Source of the DNA: Mucisphaera calidilacus
GTDB taxonomy: Bacteria; Planctomycetota; Phycisphaerae; Phycisphaerales; Phycisphaeraceae
NCBI RefSeq assembly: GCF_007748075.1
Contig: NZ_CP036280.1
Span: forward strand, 1,830,001 to 1,862,000
Reading direction: 5' to 3'
Length of the DNA: 32,000 bases
Shown here: piece by piece, positions 24,230 to 32,000 of the stretch
Numbering within the stretch: position 1 is the first letter of the stretch
Layout: each line of letters starts with the position of its first letter
Notes under the pieces: generated by a model
The model's input: the letters and a program-made list of their open reading frames with translations, nothing else
What the model was told of the DNA's origin: nothing
Databases searched by the model: none
Made by a program: the position numbers and the translations under genes

Positions 24230-26881
24230 ATGACCGACACACCCCAAGACCCTCATTCTGAATCCGAGTCTCAGGTACCTGACGGCGGCCGTACCGTCGA
24301 TCTGGCGATCGAACAGGAACTGGCCGAGTCGTACCTGACCTACGCGATGTCGACGATCGTCGACCGTGCCCTGCCCGACGTGCGTGACGGCCTGAAGCCG
24401 TCGCAGCGGCGCATCCTCGTGGCGATGAACGACCTGAACCTCTCGCCTGGCCGCAAGCACTCGAAGTGCGCCGGCATCGTGGGCGAGACGATGAAGAAGT
24501 ACCACCCGCACGGCGACCAGGCGATCTACCCGACGCTTGTGAACATGGCCCAGGAGTGGAAGACGCGTTACCTGCTGATCGACAAGCAGGGCAACTTCGG
24601 CTCGATCGACCCGGACCCGCCGGCGGCGATGCGTTACACCGAAGCGCGGATGCACCGTCACACGACGGAGCTTCTCGACGACCTGAAACTCGACACGGTG
24701 GAGTGGCAGGCGAACTTTGACGAGACGGTGGACGAGCCGCGCTACCTGCCGGCGCGTTTCCCGAACCTGCTGGTGAACGGCTCGGTGGGCATCGCGGTGG
24801 GCATGGCCTGTTCGATCCCCCCGCACAACCTCGGCGAGATCTGCGACGCGATCACGCGGATGGTGGACGAGCCGGACCTCGAGCTGCGTGAGCTGATGGA
24901 GATGGTGCCCGGGCCGGACTTCCCGACGGGCGGCATCATCTGCGGCCGCCGCGGAATCGTGGACGCCTACAGCACCGGGCGTGGCCGCGTGACGGTGCGT
25001 GCGAAGATCCAGCAGGAGACGACGCCTCGCGGGCGTGAGCTGCTGATCGTCAGCGAGATGCCCTACCAGGTGTCGAAGAACGAGGGCGTGATCGAGAAGA
25101 TCAAGCAGCAGATCCGCAACGACAAGCTCACGGACATCGCCAACGTGGTGGACGAGTCGTCGAACCGCGCGGGCATGCGTCTGGTGATCGAGCTCAAGCG
25201 TGGCGCGGACCCGACGGCGGTGGAGAATCAGCTGTACCGGCTGACACCCCTGCAGTCGACGTTCAGCATCATCAGCATCGCGCTGGTGAAGGGGCAGCCA
25301 CGGACGCTGAGCCTGTCGGAGCTGATCAAACACTACATCGCTCACCGGCGTGACGTGATCCGTCGGCGTACGGCCTACCGGCTGATGCAGGCGCAGCAGG
25401 AAGCACACCGGATCGAGGGCCTGATCTACGCGGTCTGCGACATCGACGAGGTCATCCGGCTGATCCGCGAGAGCCAGACGCGTGAGGAGGCGATCGACAA
25501 GCTGATGGCGCGGGGCTTCCGAATCCCGCCCGACCACCAGCACGCTCCGAAGATCCCGGCACGGCTGCTGGCGCAGTCGGCGGACAGCCCGATCGCGCTG
25601 ACACGGGTGCAGGCCGAGTCGATCGGCCGGCTGCAGCTGATTCAGCTGGTCGGCCTGGAGATCGAGCACCTCGTGGCGAACTACGCCAAGCTGGTGGAAC
25701 AGATCGAGGAGTACGAGTCGATCCTTGCCTCGCCCGCGCGGGTTGACCAGATCGTCAAGGACGAGACGGCGGACCTCAAGAGCAAGTACGCGGACGAGCG
25801 TCGCACCGTGATCCAGGAGGGGGAGGTCGGCGAGCTGAACCTCGCGGAACTCACGCCCGTCGAGAGGGTGGCGGTGACGATCACGCACACCGGCTACGCC
25901 AAGCGGCTGCCGGTCGAGGAGTACCGCGTGCAGAACCGAGGCGGCAAGGGCGTGATCGGCTCGAAGTCGCGTGAGGGCGACTTCACCGAGCACGTGTTCG
26001 TGTCGTCGACGCACGACGACCTGCTCTGCTTCACCGATCGCGGCCGCGTGTTCCGGATCAAGGTGTTCGAGATCCCCGAGGCGTCCCGGACCTCGCGGGG
26101 CACCGCGATCATCAACATGCTCAACCTGCAGCAGGACGAGCGCGTGCGCGCGTTCATGCCGATCTCCGACTTCGAGAAGGGCGAGTACTTCCTGCTCTTC
26201 GCGACGAAGAAGGGCCTGGTCAAACGCACGGCGCTCAAGGACTACCGCAACGTCAACAGCGCGGGCATCATCGCGGTCAACCTCAAGGACGATGACGAGC
26301 TGATGGGCGTGATCTGGACGGCGGGCAACGACCACGTGCTGCTGGGCACGCGTCGGGGCATGGCAATCCGGTTCAATGAGTCGGACGCACGCGTGATGGG
26401 CCGTGCGGCTGCGGGCGTTAAAGGCATCGACCTGGCCGGGGGCGACTCGGTCGTCGGCCTGATCAAGATCCCCGAGGGCGAAGAGGCGGACCTGCTGACG
26501 ATCACGGTCAACGGGTACGGCAAGCGCACGCCGACGTCGGAGTACCTCGTGCAGGCGGAAGACGGGGCGCGGCCTCAGTCGCGTGGCGGCAAGGGCCGGC
26601 GTGACATCGTGACCGCGGGCCGCAACGGGCAGGTCGCTGCGGTGCGGCGCGTGACCGACGCCGACTCGCTGATGCTGATCACACAGCACGGCATGGTGGT
26701 GCGTGTGCAGGCCGACACGATCCGACAGACGGGCCGAGCGACACAGGGCGTGCGGGTGATCTCGATCCGTGACGATGACCAGGTCACCTCGGTCGCCGCG
26801 ATCCGGGAGGATGAGGACGCCGAGGACATCACCGATCAGCCGCAGGCTGACGCACCACCCGAGAGCAGCGAGGACAACTGA
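24230..26881 (+). CDS. gyrA: DNA gyrase subunit A
   Basis: 883 aa. Motifs are [11 protein letters not shown] and YHPHGD, with the catalytic Tyr in [10 protein letters not shown]. The GyrA box NRGGKG in the C-terminal beta-pinwheel distinguishes it from ParC. The C-terminal tail is acidic. Confidence 0.97.
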   Translation: MTDTPQDPHSESESQVPDGGRTVDLAIEQELAESYLTYAMSTIVDRALPDVRDGLKPSQRRILVAMNDLNLSPGRKHSKCAGIVGETMKKYHPHGDQAIYPTLVNMAQEWKTRYLLIDKQGNFGSIDPDPPAAMRYTEARMHRHTTELLDDLKLDTVEWQANFDETVDEPRYLPARFPNLLVNGSVGIAVGMACSIPPHNLGEICDAITRMVDEPDLELRELMEMVPGPDFPTGGIICGRRGIVDAYSTGRGRVTVRAKIQQETTPRGRELLIVSEMPYQVSKNEGVIEKIKQQIRNDKLTDIANVVDESSNRAGMRLVIELKRGADPTAVENQLYRLTPLQSTFSIISIALVKGQPRTLSLSELIKHYIAHRRDVIRRRTAYRLMQAQQEAHRIEGLIYAVCDIDEVIRLIRESQTREEAIDKLMARGFRIPPDHQHAPKIPARLLAQSADSPIALTRVQAESIGRLQLIQLVGLEIEHLVANYAKLVEQIEEYESILASPARVDQIVKDETADLKSKYADERRTVIQEGEVGELNLAELTPVERVAVTITHTGYAKRLPVEEYRVQNRGGKGVIGSKSREGDFTEHVFVSSTHDDLLCFTDRGRVFRIKVFEIPEASRTSRGTAIINMLNLQQDERVRAFMPISDFEKGEYFLLFATKKGLVKRTALKDYRNVNSAGIIAVNLKDDDELMGVIWTAGNDHVLLGTRRGMAIRFNESDARVMGRAAAGVKGIDLAGGDSVVGLIKIPEGEEADLLTITVNGYGKRTPTSEYLVQAEDGARPQSRGGKGRRDIVTAGRNGQVAAVRRVTDADSLMLITQHGMVVRVQADTIRQTGRATQGVRVISIRDDDQVTSVAAIREDEDAEDITDQPQADAPPESSEDN

Positions 26882-27225
26882 TGCCTATTCAGGAATGGTC
26901 GCCGGGGATCTGGCTCGTGCAGTTGAACGACGACCCGAGTTTCGCCGAGGAACTGGACATGCTCCACGACCGGCTTCGGCGTGCGGACGAGATGCCGCAC
27001 GTGGTGCTGGACCTGTCGGAGGTCAACCACCTCAACTCCTCGAACCTGTCGCAGCTGCTGCGGCTGCGCAAGACCGCGGTCGACCGCGAGGCACAGATCC
27101 GTCTGGCAACGCCCTGCGACGCCGTGTGGGCGGTCTTCATCGCGACGGGGTTGGACAAGGTATTCGACTTCACGCCGGACACGCCCACGGCGCTGGCCGA
27201 GCTTCAGCTCAGCGACGCGGAATAA
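26881..27225 (+). CDS. STAS-domain protein (anti-sigma-factor antagonist, SpoIIAA-like)
   Basis: 114 aa. VVLDLSEVNHLNSSNLSQLLRL matches the STAS core, with the conserved Ser in the position of the phosphorylatable DSSG Ser. Its ATG overlaps the gyrA stop (TGATG). Confidence 0.75.
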   Translation: MPIQEWSPGIWLVQLNDDPSFAEELDMLHDRLRRADEMPHVVLDLSEVNHLNSSNLSQLLRLRKTAVDREAQIRLATPCDAVWAVFIATGLDKVFDFTPDTPTALAELQLSDAE

Positions 27226-27246
27226 GACTTGACTTAGGCAGCGCAC

Positions 27247-27274
27247 AAAAAACCCCGGATCGATCCGGGGTTTT
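27247..27274. terminator. bidirectional rho-independent terminator
   Basis: aaaaaa-CCCCGGATC-GATCCGGGG-tttt is a perfect 18-bp palindrome at 27253..27270, between convergent genes. Confidence 0.85.
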
Positions 27275-27295
27275 GTTCTGCACGATGGCCGAGGA

Positions 27296-28651
27296 TCAGC
27301 TGCCGAGACGGCCGGCGTAGCCCTCGATCCGGGCGATCTGCCGGCGGAGTCGGCGGCCCTCGAGGGTGTCCTCGGCGAAGCGCTCGGCGAGCTGGGTCCC
27401 GAGTTCGCTGGCGTCGTCGAGTGAGGGCTTGATCTCGTCGAGGGCGGTGGCGGTGCGCTCGTCGATGGCCTGAATGGCCGCGGCGACGTCCTGATCGGGC
27501 TGCCCGGCGCGGGCGAGCGCTGCCTGAACCGGGTCGAGCATGGAACGGAACGACGCGAGGGTCTGGACACGCACGGAGACAGCGTGGACGAGTTCGGCCT
27601 GCTTGGCGAGGATCTCGAAGTCGATGGCCTGCTGCTGATCACGGCCGGCGAGGCGGCGTGCCTGCTGGAGGTGGTCGACAGCCTTCTGGGCCTTGGTGAC
27701 CGCGTTGATCAGCTGCGGCGAGACCTCGTTCTCGTAGCGTTCGACGACGGCGGAGCCGGCGGCGAGGAGTCGGTCGACGGCATCCCGGGCGATCTGCACG
27801 GAAGCCTTCTCGGCGGCTTCGCGTTCACTCTCGAGCTTCTGGGTGTCGGCGGCTCGGACACGCAGGGCCTTGGCGGTTTCGGTGTAGCCCCGCTGCTCGG
27901 CGCGGGCACGGGCGGCCTGCGTCTCGACGGCGAAGACCTGGCTGTCGAAACGCTCGGTCTCGGTCGTGGCGAGGTTGGCGCGGTGGCTGGCCTCGGCAGC
28001 GCGTTCGAGCAGGGCGTACTTCTCATCACCCGTGGCGATGCCCGACTGGTTGGTCAGCTCGACCTGCTCGGCGATCGATTCCTCGTAGACCTTGCGGACG
28101 CGTTCGCGTTCGGCGGCGAGACGGTCGCGTTCACGCTCGGTGGTGGCGGCCTGCTGCCCCGCCTGGCGAGCTTTCTGCTCGAATTCATCGGCGAGCTTGA
28201 TCATGGCCTCCGCGGCCTGGTCCTGATCATTGCCCATCAGCCCGACGCGGGCCTTGGCGATCTCGGCGGTGTCGATCAGGCCCACGGTCTGGACCGCCTC
28301 GACGGCCATGTTGGCGAAGGCGGTGGCGCCCTGGACCGAAAGCAGTCGTGCCTCGGAAGCCTCGATCTCGGAGAGCAGGCGGAGAGCCTGAGCCTTGGTG
28401 CTGTTCGAGCCGTTGCGGGAGAGGTCCTGCAACTCAGACCGGACCGCCGAGAGCTGCTCGATCCGGTAGCGGGTCAGCGTGAGGCCGGGCTGCTGATCCC
28501 GCTGGGGGATATAGCCGGCGTTGGCGGCCTGGAAGTCCTTGAGCGCGGCTTCGAGGCGGGCACGGTTCTGGGCGTCGGGACCACCGGAGGGCTCGCAGCC
28601 GGTGGCCGCCAGCATCAACGACATCGCAAGCAGGCAGATCAAAAAACGCAA
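27296..28651 (-). CDS. all-helical (coiled-coil-like) lipoprotein, hypothetical
   Basis: 451 aa. It starts at TTG with GAGGA upstream. The lipoprotein signal is MRFLICLLAMSLMLAATGC (lipobox L-A-A-T-G-C). The rest is A/E/R/Q/L-rich with long predicted helices. Confidence 0.7.
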   Translation of the reverse strand: MRFLICLLAMSLMLAATGCEPSGGPDAQNRARLEAALKDFQAANAGYIPQRDQQPGLTLTRYRIEQLSAVRSELQDLSRNGSNSTKAQALRLLSEIEASEARLLSVQGATAFANMAVEAVQTVGLIDTAEIAKARVGLMGNDQDQAAEAMIKLADEFEQKARQAGQQAATTERERDRLAAERERVRKVYEESIAEQVELTNQSGIATGDEKYALLERAAEASHRANLATTETERFDSQVFAVETQAARARAEQRGYTETAKALRVRAADTQKLESEREAAEKASVQIARDAVDRLLAAGSAVVERYENEVSPQLINAVTKAQKAVDHLQQARRLAGRDQQQAIDFEILAKQAELVHAVSVRVQTLASFRSMLDPVQAALARAGQPDQDVAAAIQAIDERTATALDEIKPSLDDASELGTQLAERFAEDTLEGRRLRRQIARIEGYAGRLGS

Positions 28652-28730
28652 GACGTGTCCTCGCGAGCTTTTGGGGAATCAGAAGTCCTGAGAATACCCC
28701 ATCCGTGGCCGGGGCGAAAGCGGGCGGGGC

Positions 28731-29990
28731 TCAGGGGGTGGTCGTACCGATCGGTTGCGGGTCTGTGGAAGGCGGGTCTTCCTCGTTTGGCGGGGGTGGC
28801 CAGGGGAAGCCGTAATCGACCGCCGCGTCGAAGTCGTAGAGGCTGTCAATCCAGGTCACGAGGAACTGGTAGACCCGGTCCTGACGGTCGCGGAAGTAGG
28901 GCCGCCAGCCGGAGACGTCGGGGGCCGGGTGTTCGGCCAGCTCGCGTGGCAGGCCCCACTGGAGGTAGAGCGACTGCTCGGGATCCCGGCGGTTGATGAC
29001 CTTGTGGCCGTTGAGGTTGACCGTCGAGAGCGTGACGAAGTCGGCGTAGGCCGTGGTGGGCGCACGGCCCTGGCTCGAGATCGGCAGGCCTTCGACCGCC
29101 CCACCACCGAAGTAGCGAGCAAAGTGCCGGGCGTGATACCCCGGCCGGATCAGCCCCATGAAGGTCTTGATCGCGGGCGGGTCGTTGAGGACCTCGACGC
29201 GGGCGTAGTAATCGCGGGCTTCGAGCTCAAAAAGCAGCTCGAGCTGGTTGTGGGCCGGGGCGCGGAGCAGGCGGCTGACCTCGGAACGCGAAGCGGGGAT
29301 CGCTGGGTGGCCGCGATAGGCCGCGAAGACATCTTCCATGACCTCGCGCGGGATGCGGATCTGAGGCCGGCTGGTCGCCATGTTCTGGGGTTGCTCCCAG
29401 AGTCGTACGAGGCTGATCTGCTCGGGCGTGAGTGTCAGGTCGGGAGCCGCCGGCGCGAGGGGGACGCTGCGGTTGAGCTTCTCGGCAGCGGTCTTGAGCC
29501 GGCGTGTTCGTTCCTCGCCCTCGATCTGCTCGCGGAGCAGGGTCCAGAGCACGGTGACGCGGTGGCTGTCGGGGAACTGGCGGTGGAGGGGATCGAGTTC
29601 GCGCAGGGCGAGGTCGCGGTGTCCCTGCTCGTAGAGGCCGTAGGCCAGCTCGTAGCGGCCGTCGAGGTCGTCATCACTCAGCTGGGAGCGCTGCTCGAGG
29701 TACTCGACCTCGGCGGAGGGCAGCTCGCGGATGGCGTGGATCTGGCTGTTGCGGAAGCGGATGCCCGCCCCGCCGATGAGGATCTCGACGTCGTGCGCAC
29801 CCCGACGGATGCGGTCGCACTCGAACCGCCGTCCGTCGCGGAGGATGACCTCGTAACGGCCAACGAGCAGCGTCGGCTCGGGCGGGGCTTGCTCTGTGGT
29901 ATCGGTTGCGGCCGGGCTTGCGTCCTGAGCGACCGCCGCTGGCGCGTGCCAGCCGACGAGCGCAAGGATCAGCAGCGTGAGCCATCGCAT
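28731..29990 (-). CDS. secreted hypothetical protein
   Basis: The ATG at 29990 gives the signal peptide MRWLTLLILALVGWHAPAAVAQD, 419 aa in total. A TPR-like helical segment (GRYELAYGLYEQGHRDLALRELD) is present and the C-terminus is Pro-rich. I recognise no family. The track start at 30017 overlaps the upstream gene. Confidence 0.7.
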   Translation of the reverse strand: MRWLTLLILALVGWHAPAAVAQDASPAATDTTEQAPPEPTLLVGRYEVILRDGRRFECDRIRRGAHDVEILIGGAGIRFRNSQIHAIRELPSAEVEYLEQRSQLSDDDLDGRYELAYGLYEQGHRDLALRELDPLHRQFPDSHRVTVLWTLLREQIEGEERTRRLKTAAEKLNRSVPLAPAAPDLTLTPEQISLVRLWEQPQNMATSRPQIRIPREVMEDVFAAYRGHPAIPASRSEVSRLLRAPAHNQLELLFELEARDYYARVEVLNDPPAIKTFMGLIRPGYHARHFARYFGGGAVEGLPISSQGRAPTTAYADFVTLSTVNLNGHKVINRRDPEQSLYLQWGLPRELAEHPAPDVSGWRPYFRDRQDRVYQFLVTWIDSLYDFDAAVDYGFPWPPPPNEEDPPSTDPQPIGTTTP

Positions 29991-30000
29991 GGGTTGGGTC

Positions 30001-30405
30001 TCAGGCCTGCTCGGCACGCTTGGCCAGCAGGTCCTCGGCCATCCCGATCAGGCGTTCGAGCCGGACCGGCTTGAGGATGTAGCCGTCGACGCCCAGCACC
30101 TCGGCGTACTGCTGGTGCCGCTTGCCCTCGTTGGCGGTGCACATGATGACCACGGGCGGCTCCTCGATCTGCTTGATCTTCTCCAGCACGAGGAACCCGG
30201 ATCGCTTGGGCAGCATCATGTCGAGAACCACAAGCTCGGGCGGGTCGGTGTCGACGATGCGGACGGCGGTGTTGCCGTCGCCACAGGTCTGGGTCAGGGC
30301 ACCCTCGGCCTGGAGAGCGTGATCGATCGCGGCCCGGACTTCGGGGTCATCGTCAACGACGAGGATCTTGACGTCCTCAAGTCGCAGGGCTTCGTCGTGT
30401 TCCAT
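30001..30405 (-). CDS. single-domain response regulator (CheY-like receiver only)
   Basis: The acidic pocket is ILVVDDD, the phospho-acceptor Asp is in LVVLDMMLP, the Thr in IMCTA and the Lys in YILKP. The ATG at 30405 has AGGAG 8 nt upstream. There is no output domain. Confidence 0.88.
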   Translation of the reverse strand: MEHDEALRLEDVKILVVDDDPEVRAAIDHALQAEGALTQTCGDGNTAVRIVDTDPPELVVLDMMLPKRSGFLVLEKIKQIEEPPVVIMCTANEGKRHQQYAEVLGVDGYILKPVRLERLIGMAEDLLAKRAEQA

Positions 30406-30474
30406 CAATAAGGCTCCTTCGGGGTCGTCCCCGGCAAAACCCCATCATAGGGGAGAATCCATGCGGTCGCGTCG

Positions 30475-31539
30475 TCAGCTACCCTGACGCGTAGCCTCGG
30501 AGAGGCTCTCGGAATCGGCAGCGAGCCGGTCGACCTCGGCCTCGTCGAGCCAGGGCAGCGTGAGCAACTGCTCACGCATGCGTGCCGGGAAGGGTTTGCC
30601 CTGCTTCTCGTGGCGTGGTCGGCTCTTCCAGCGTCGGTGCATCCAGAAGTACTGCTCGGGGTGGGGCCGGATCATCGCCTCGATGGCCCGGCTGTAGCGG
30701 GCGGTGATGTAGAGCAGCGGGTCGGGCTGGGACTCCCACTCCTCCGGCTCGATGATGTCCTGCACGCCGAGGTCGAAGTGGAAGCGTCGGCCGAGGCGCC
30801 AGGCGTACCCGCACAGGACCGGGCAGCGGTTCTGCATGGCCAGCATGCCGATCGACTTGTAGTGGCTCGCGAGCCTGCCGAAGAAGGGCACAAACAGCCC
30901 GCGGTCGCCCGCGTTCTGGTCGGCAATAAAGGCGACCGAGCCCCCCTGCTCGATGATCTGCTGCATGCGTTCGACCGCGCCGCCCTTGTTGACGACCTCG
31001 AGCCCGCGCCGCTGACGGACGTCGACGACCCAGTTGTTGACGTAGGGGTTATCGAGCGGGCGTGCCACCGCCGCGAGCGGGAAGCCGAGCAGCCCCAGCG
31101 CGAAACCCATGACCTCCCAGTTGCCCAGGTGCCCGGTCACGAGGATCGACGGTCGGCCGCTGCTGAGGACCTTGAGCCCGGGGCCGAGGCCCTGAGTATC
31201 CATGCGCTGCTGCCAGGTGGAGGGCGTGACGACGTGGGGTGCCTGCATCGCCTCGAAGGCGAGCTGGACCAGGTGCTCGAACGTCTGGCGGGCGACCCTG
31301 TCGGTGCGCTGCTCGTCCCAGTCGGGGAAGGCGAGCCGGAGGTTGTCCTTGGCGCGGTTGAGGTGCTTCTTGTCGACGGCGGCCAGCCCCCTGGCGAGCA
31401 GGCTGGCGAACTCCGCGCTGTCGTCGGGGTCGAAGATACTGACGGCGGAGCTGACGGCCCGTGCGACGAGATAGACCGCGCGGTCCATGACGGGCCGCGG
31501 CTGCCGGGCTCGCTTCTTGCCTTTGCGTCTGCGTGCCAT
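30475..31539 (-). CDS. lysophospholipid / lipid A late acyltransferase family (LpxL/HtrB-like)
   Basis: 354 aa. The H-x4-E catalytic motif lies in VTGHLGNWEV, and FIADQNAG and VPFFG are typical of the family. Confidence 0.8.
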   Translation of the reverse strand: MARRRKGKKRARQPRPVMDRAVYLVARAVSSAVSIFDPDDSAEFASLLARGLAAVDKKHLNRAKDNLRLAFPDWDEQRTDRVARQTFEHLVQLAFEAMQAPHVVTPSTWQQRMDTQGLGPGLKVLSSGRPSILVTGHLGNWEVMGFALGLLGFPLAAVARPLDNPYVNNWVVDVRQRRGLEVVNKGGAVERMQQIIEQGGSVAFIADQNAGDRGLFVPFFGRLASHYKSIGMLAMQNRCPVLCGYAWRLGRRFHFDLGVQDIIEPEEWESQPDPLLYITARYSRAIEAMIRPHPEQYFWMHRRWKSRPRHEKQGKPFPARMREQLLTLPWLDEAEVDRLAADSESLSEATRQGS

Positions 31540-31597
31540 CAGCCACCCGCCTCTGCGGGCGCAGTGTCGACGACGCGGTCAGCCGGTCGCGTGCGGA

Positions 31598-32000
31598 TCA
31601 ACGCTCGTAGTAACCCACCAGCCCGAGGAACCGGTTCTGGTTGAGCACCGGGATCGAGAGGGCCTGTGCCTGTTCGAGCAGGCGTTCGTACTGGTCGGCG
31701 TTCTGGATCGCGCGGGCGTGCTGCTCGATCAGGACGGGGTCGATGACGGTGCTGGGCAGCGGCGCGGGGCGGATCGGGCGGACGCCAAGCACGAGGAAGT
31801 CGACCTCGTAGTTCAGCTCGTCGACCAGCTCGCCACCCCAGCGGGTGACCATGCCCTCGATGCGGCTGCGATCGCCCTGCGAGGGGTTGCCGCGGTCGGT
31901 GAAGTCGAACTGCCCGAAGACGTAGAACTTGGAGGAACGATCGCGGTCGTAGGCGACGTTGACGATGCTGTCGCTCTCGCTGAGCACGGCGTTGCGTTCG
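31598..32000 (-). CDS. hypothetical protein with C-terminal BRCT-like domain (probably partial, open to the right edge)
   Basis: The frame stays open to position 32000, and the GTG at 31987 is only a possible start. FVFGQFDF...RIEGMVTRWGGELVDELNYEVDFLVLG...ALSIPVLNQNRFLGLVG fits the BRCT pattern. Confidence 0.5.
   Translation of the reverse strand, partial: ERNAVLSESDSIVNVAYDRDRSSKFYVFGQFDFTDRGNPSQGDRSRIEGMVTRWGGELVDELNYEVDFLVLGVRPIRPAPLPSTVIDPVLIEQHARAIQNADQYERLLEQAQALSIPVLNQNRFLGLVGYYER

Noticed and set aside
24131-26689. An 852-aa ORF antisense to gyrA, and similar long shadow ORFs at 354..1253, 1310..2575, 4601..5986, 5959..7434, 7564..8277, 8754..9731, 12239..13939, 14650..15921, 17744..18772, 21309..23033, 22987..23913, 27584..28996, 28755..30074 and 30610..31644.
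   Set aside because: Their translations are Arg/Pro/His/Gln-rich and low-complexity, with no motifs. Each lies opposite to or out of frame with a gene carrying unambiguous family motifs. At about 65% GC, stop codons are rare, so long spurious ORFs are expected.
30409-30474. A possible terminator between the LpxL-like gene and the response regulator.
   Set aside because: Only 4-bp GGGG/CCCC stems are present (ccccatcatagggg, ggggtcgtcccc), with no convincing U-tract. The genes are more likely co-transcribed.
1-32000. A search for tRNA, rRNA, tmRNA, RNase P and SRP RNA, CRISPR arrays, IS elements or transposases, integrases, and known defence or toxin-antitoxin genes.
   Set aside because: I saw no T-loop/acceptor patterns (GGTTCGAATCC-like), conserved RNase P or SRP cores, regularly spaced repeats, or DDE, tyrosine or serine recombinase motifs in any frame. 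A scan by eye can miss divergent elements.

Overview
High-GC (about 65-68%) and densely coding bacterial chromosomal DNA. I support 30 protein-coding genes, two of them running off the window edges. Most are housekeeping genes identified from their own motifs: nuoD (partial), queG, fabI, rpsD, an S41 C-terminal protease, tsaD, a PhnP-like MBL hydrolase, trpC, a YfcE-like phosphoesterase, a GNAT, nuoH, an oversized lepB, ilvN, panD, a HAMP histidine kinase, ychF, gyrA and an LpxL-like acyltransferase. I found no rRNA, tRNA, CRISPR array, transposase, integrase or recognisable defence gene. TTG and GTG starts are frequent. The PEP-CTERM protein, scattered nuo genes and large LepB suggest a Planctomycetota/PVC-like genome, but this is a low-confidence inference. 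Nothing here is a clear-cut novel system; these loci deserve a second look. (1) A 480-bp AT-rich non-coding gap carries a near-consensus sigma-54 promoter, repeated GCACG motifs and a perfect DnaA box, upstream of an ilvN-panD-kinase-hypothetical gene string that lacks ilvB. (2) A roughly 370-bp segment encoding small hydrophobic ORFs is bracketed by a duplicated copy of the 3' end of the MBL gene. (3) A low-GC islet encodes a membrane-anchored protein with two BON-like repeats and fresh 12-bp and 36-bp tandem duplications. (4) Exported-glycan or PEP-CTERM related parts are scattered across the window: an internally duplicated PEP-CTERM protein, a FemAB-like acyltransferase with a hexapeptide acetyltransferase and a double-wHTH protein, and an MBOAT with an SGNH-like partner. 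(5) GyrA lacks both quinolone bridge-anchoring residues, and its stop codon overlaps the start of a STAS-domain gene. (6) A co-directional module of a receiver-only regulator, a secreted protein and a helical lipoprotein belongs to no family I can name. The many long antisense ORFs in the track are GC-driven shadows.
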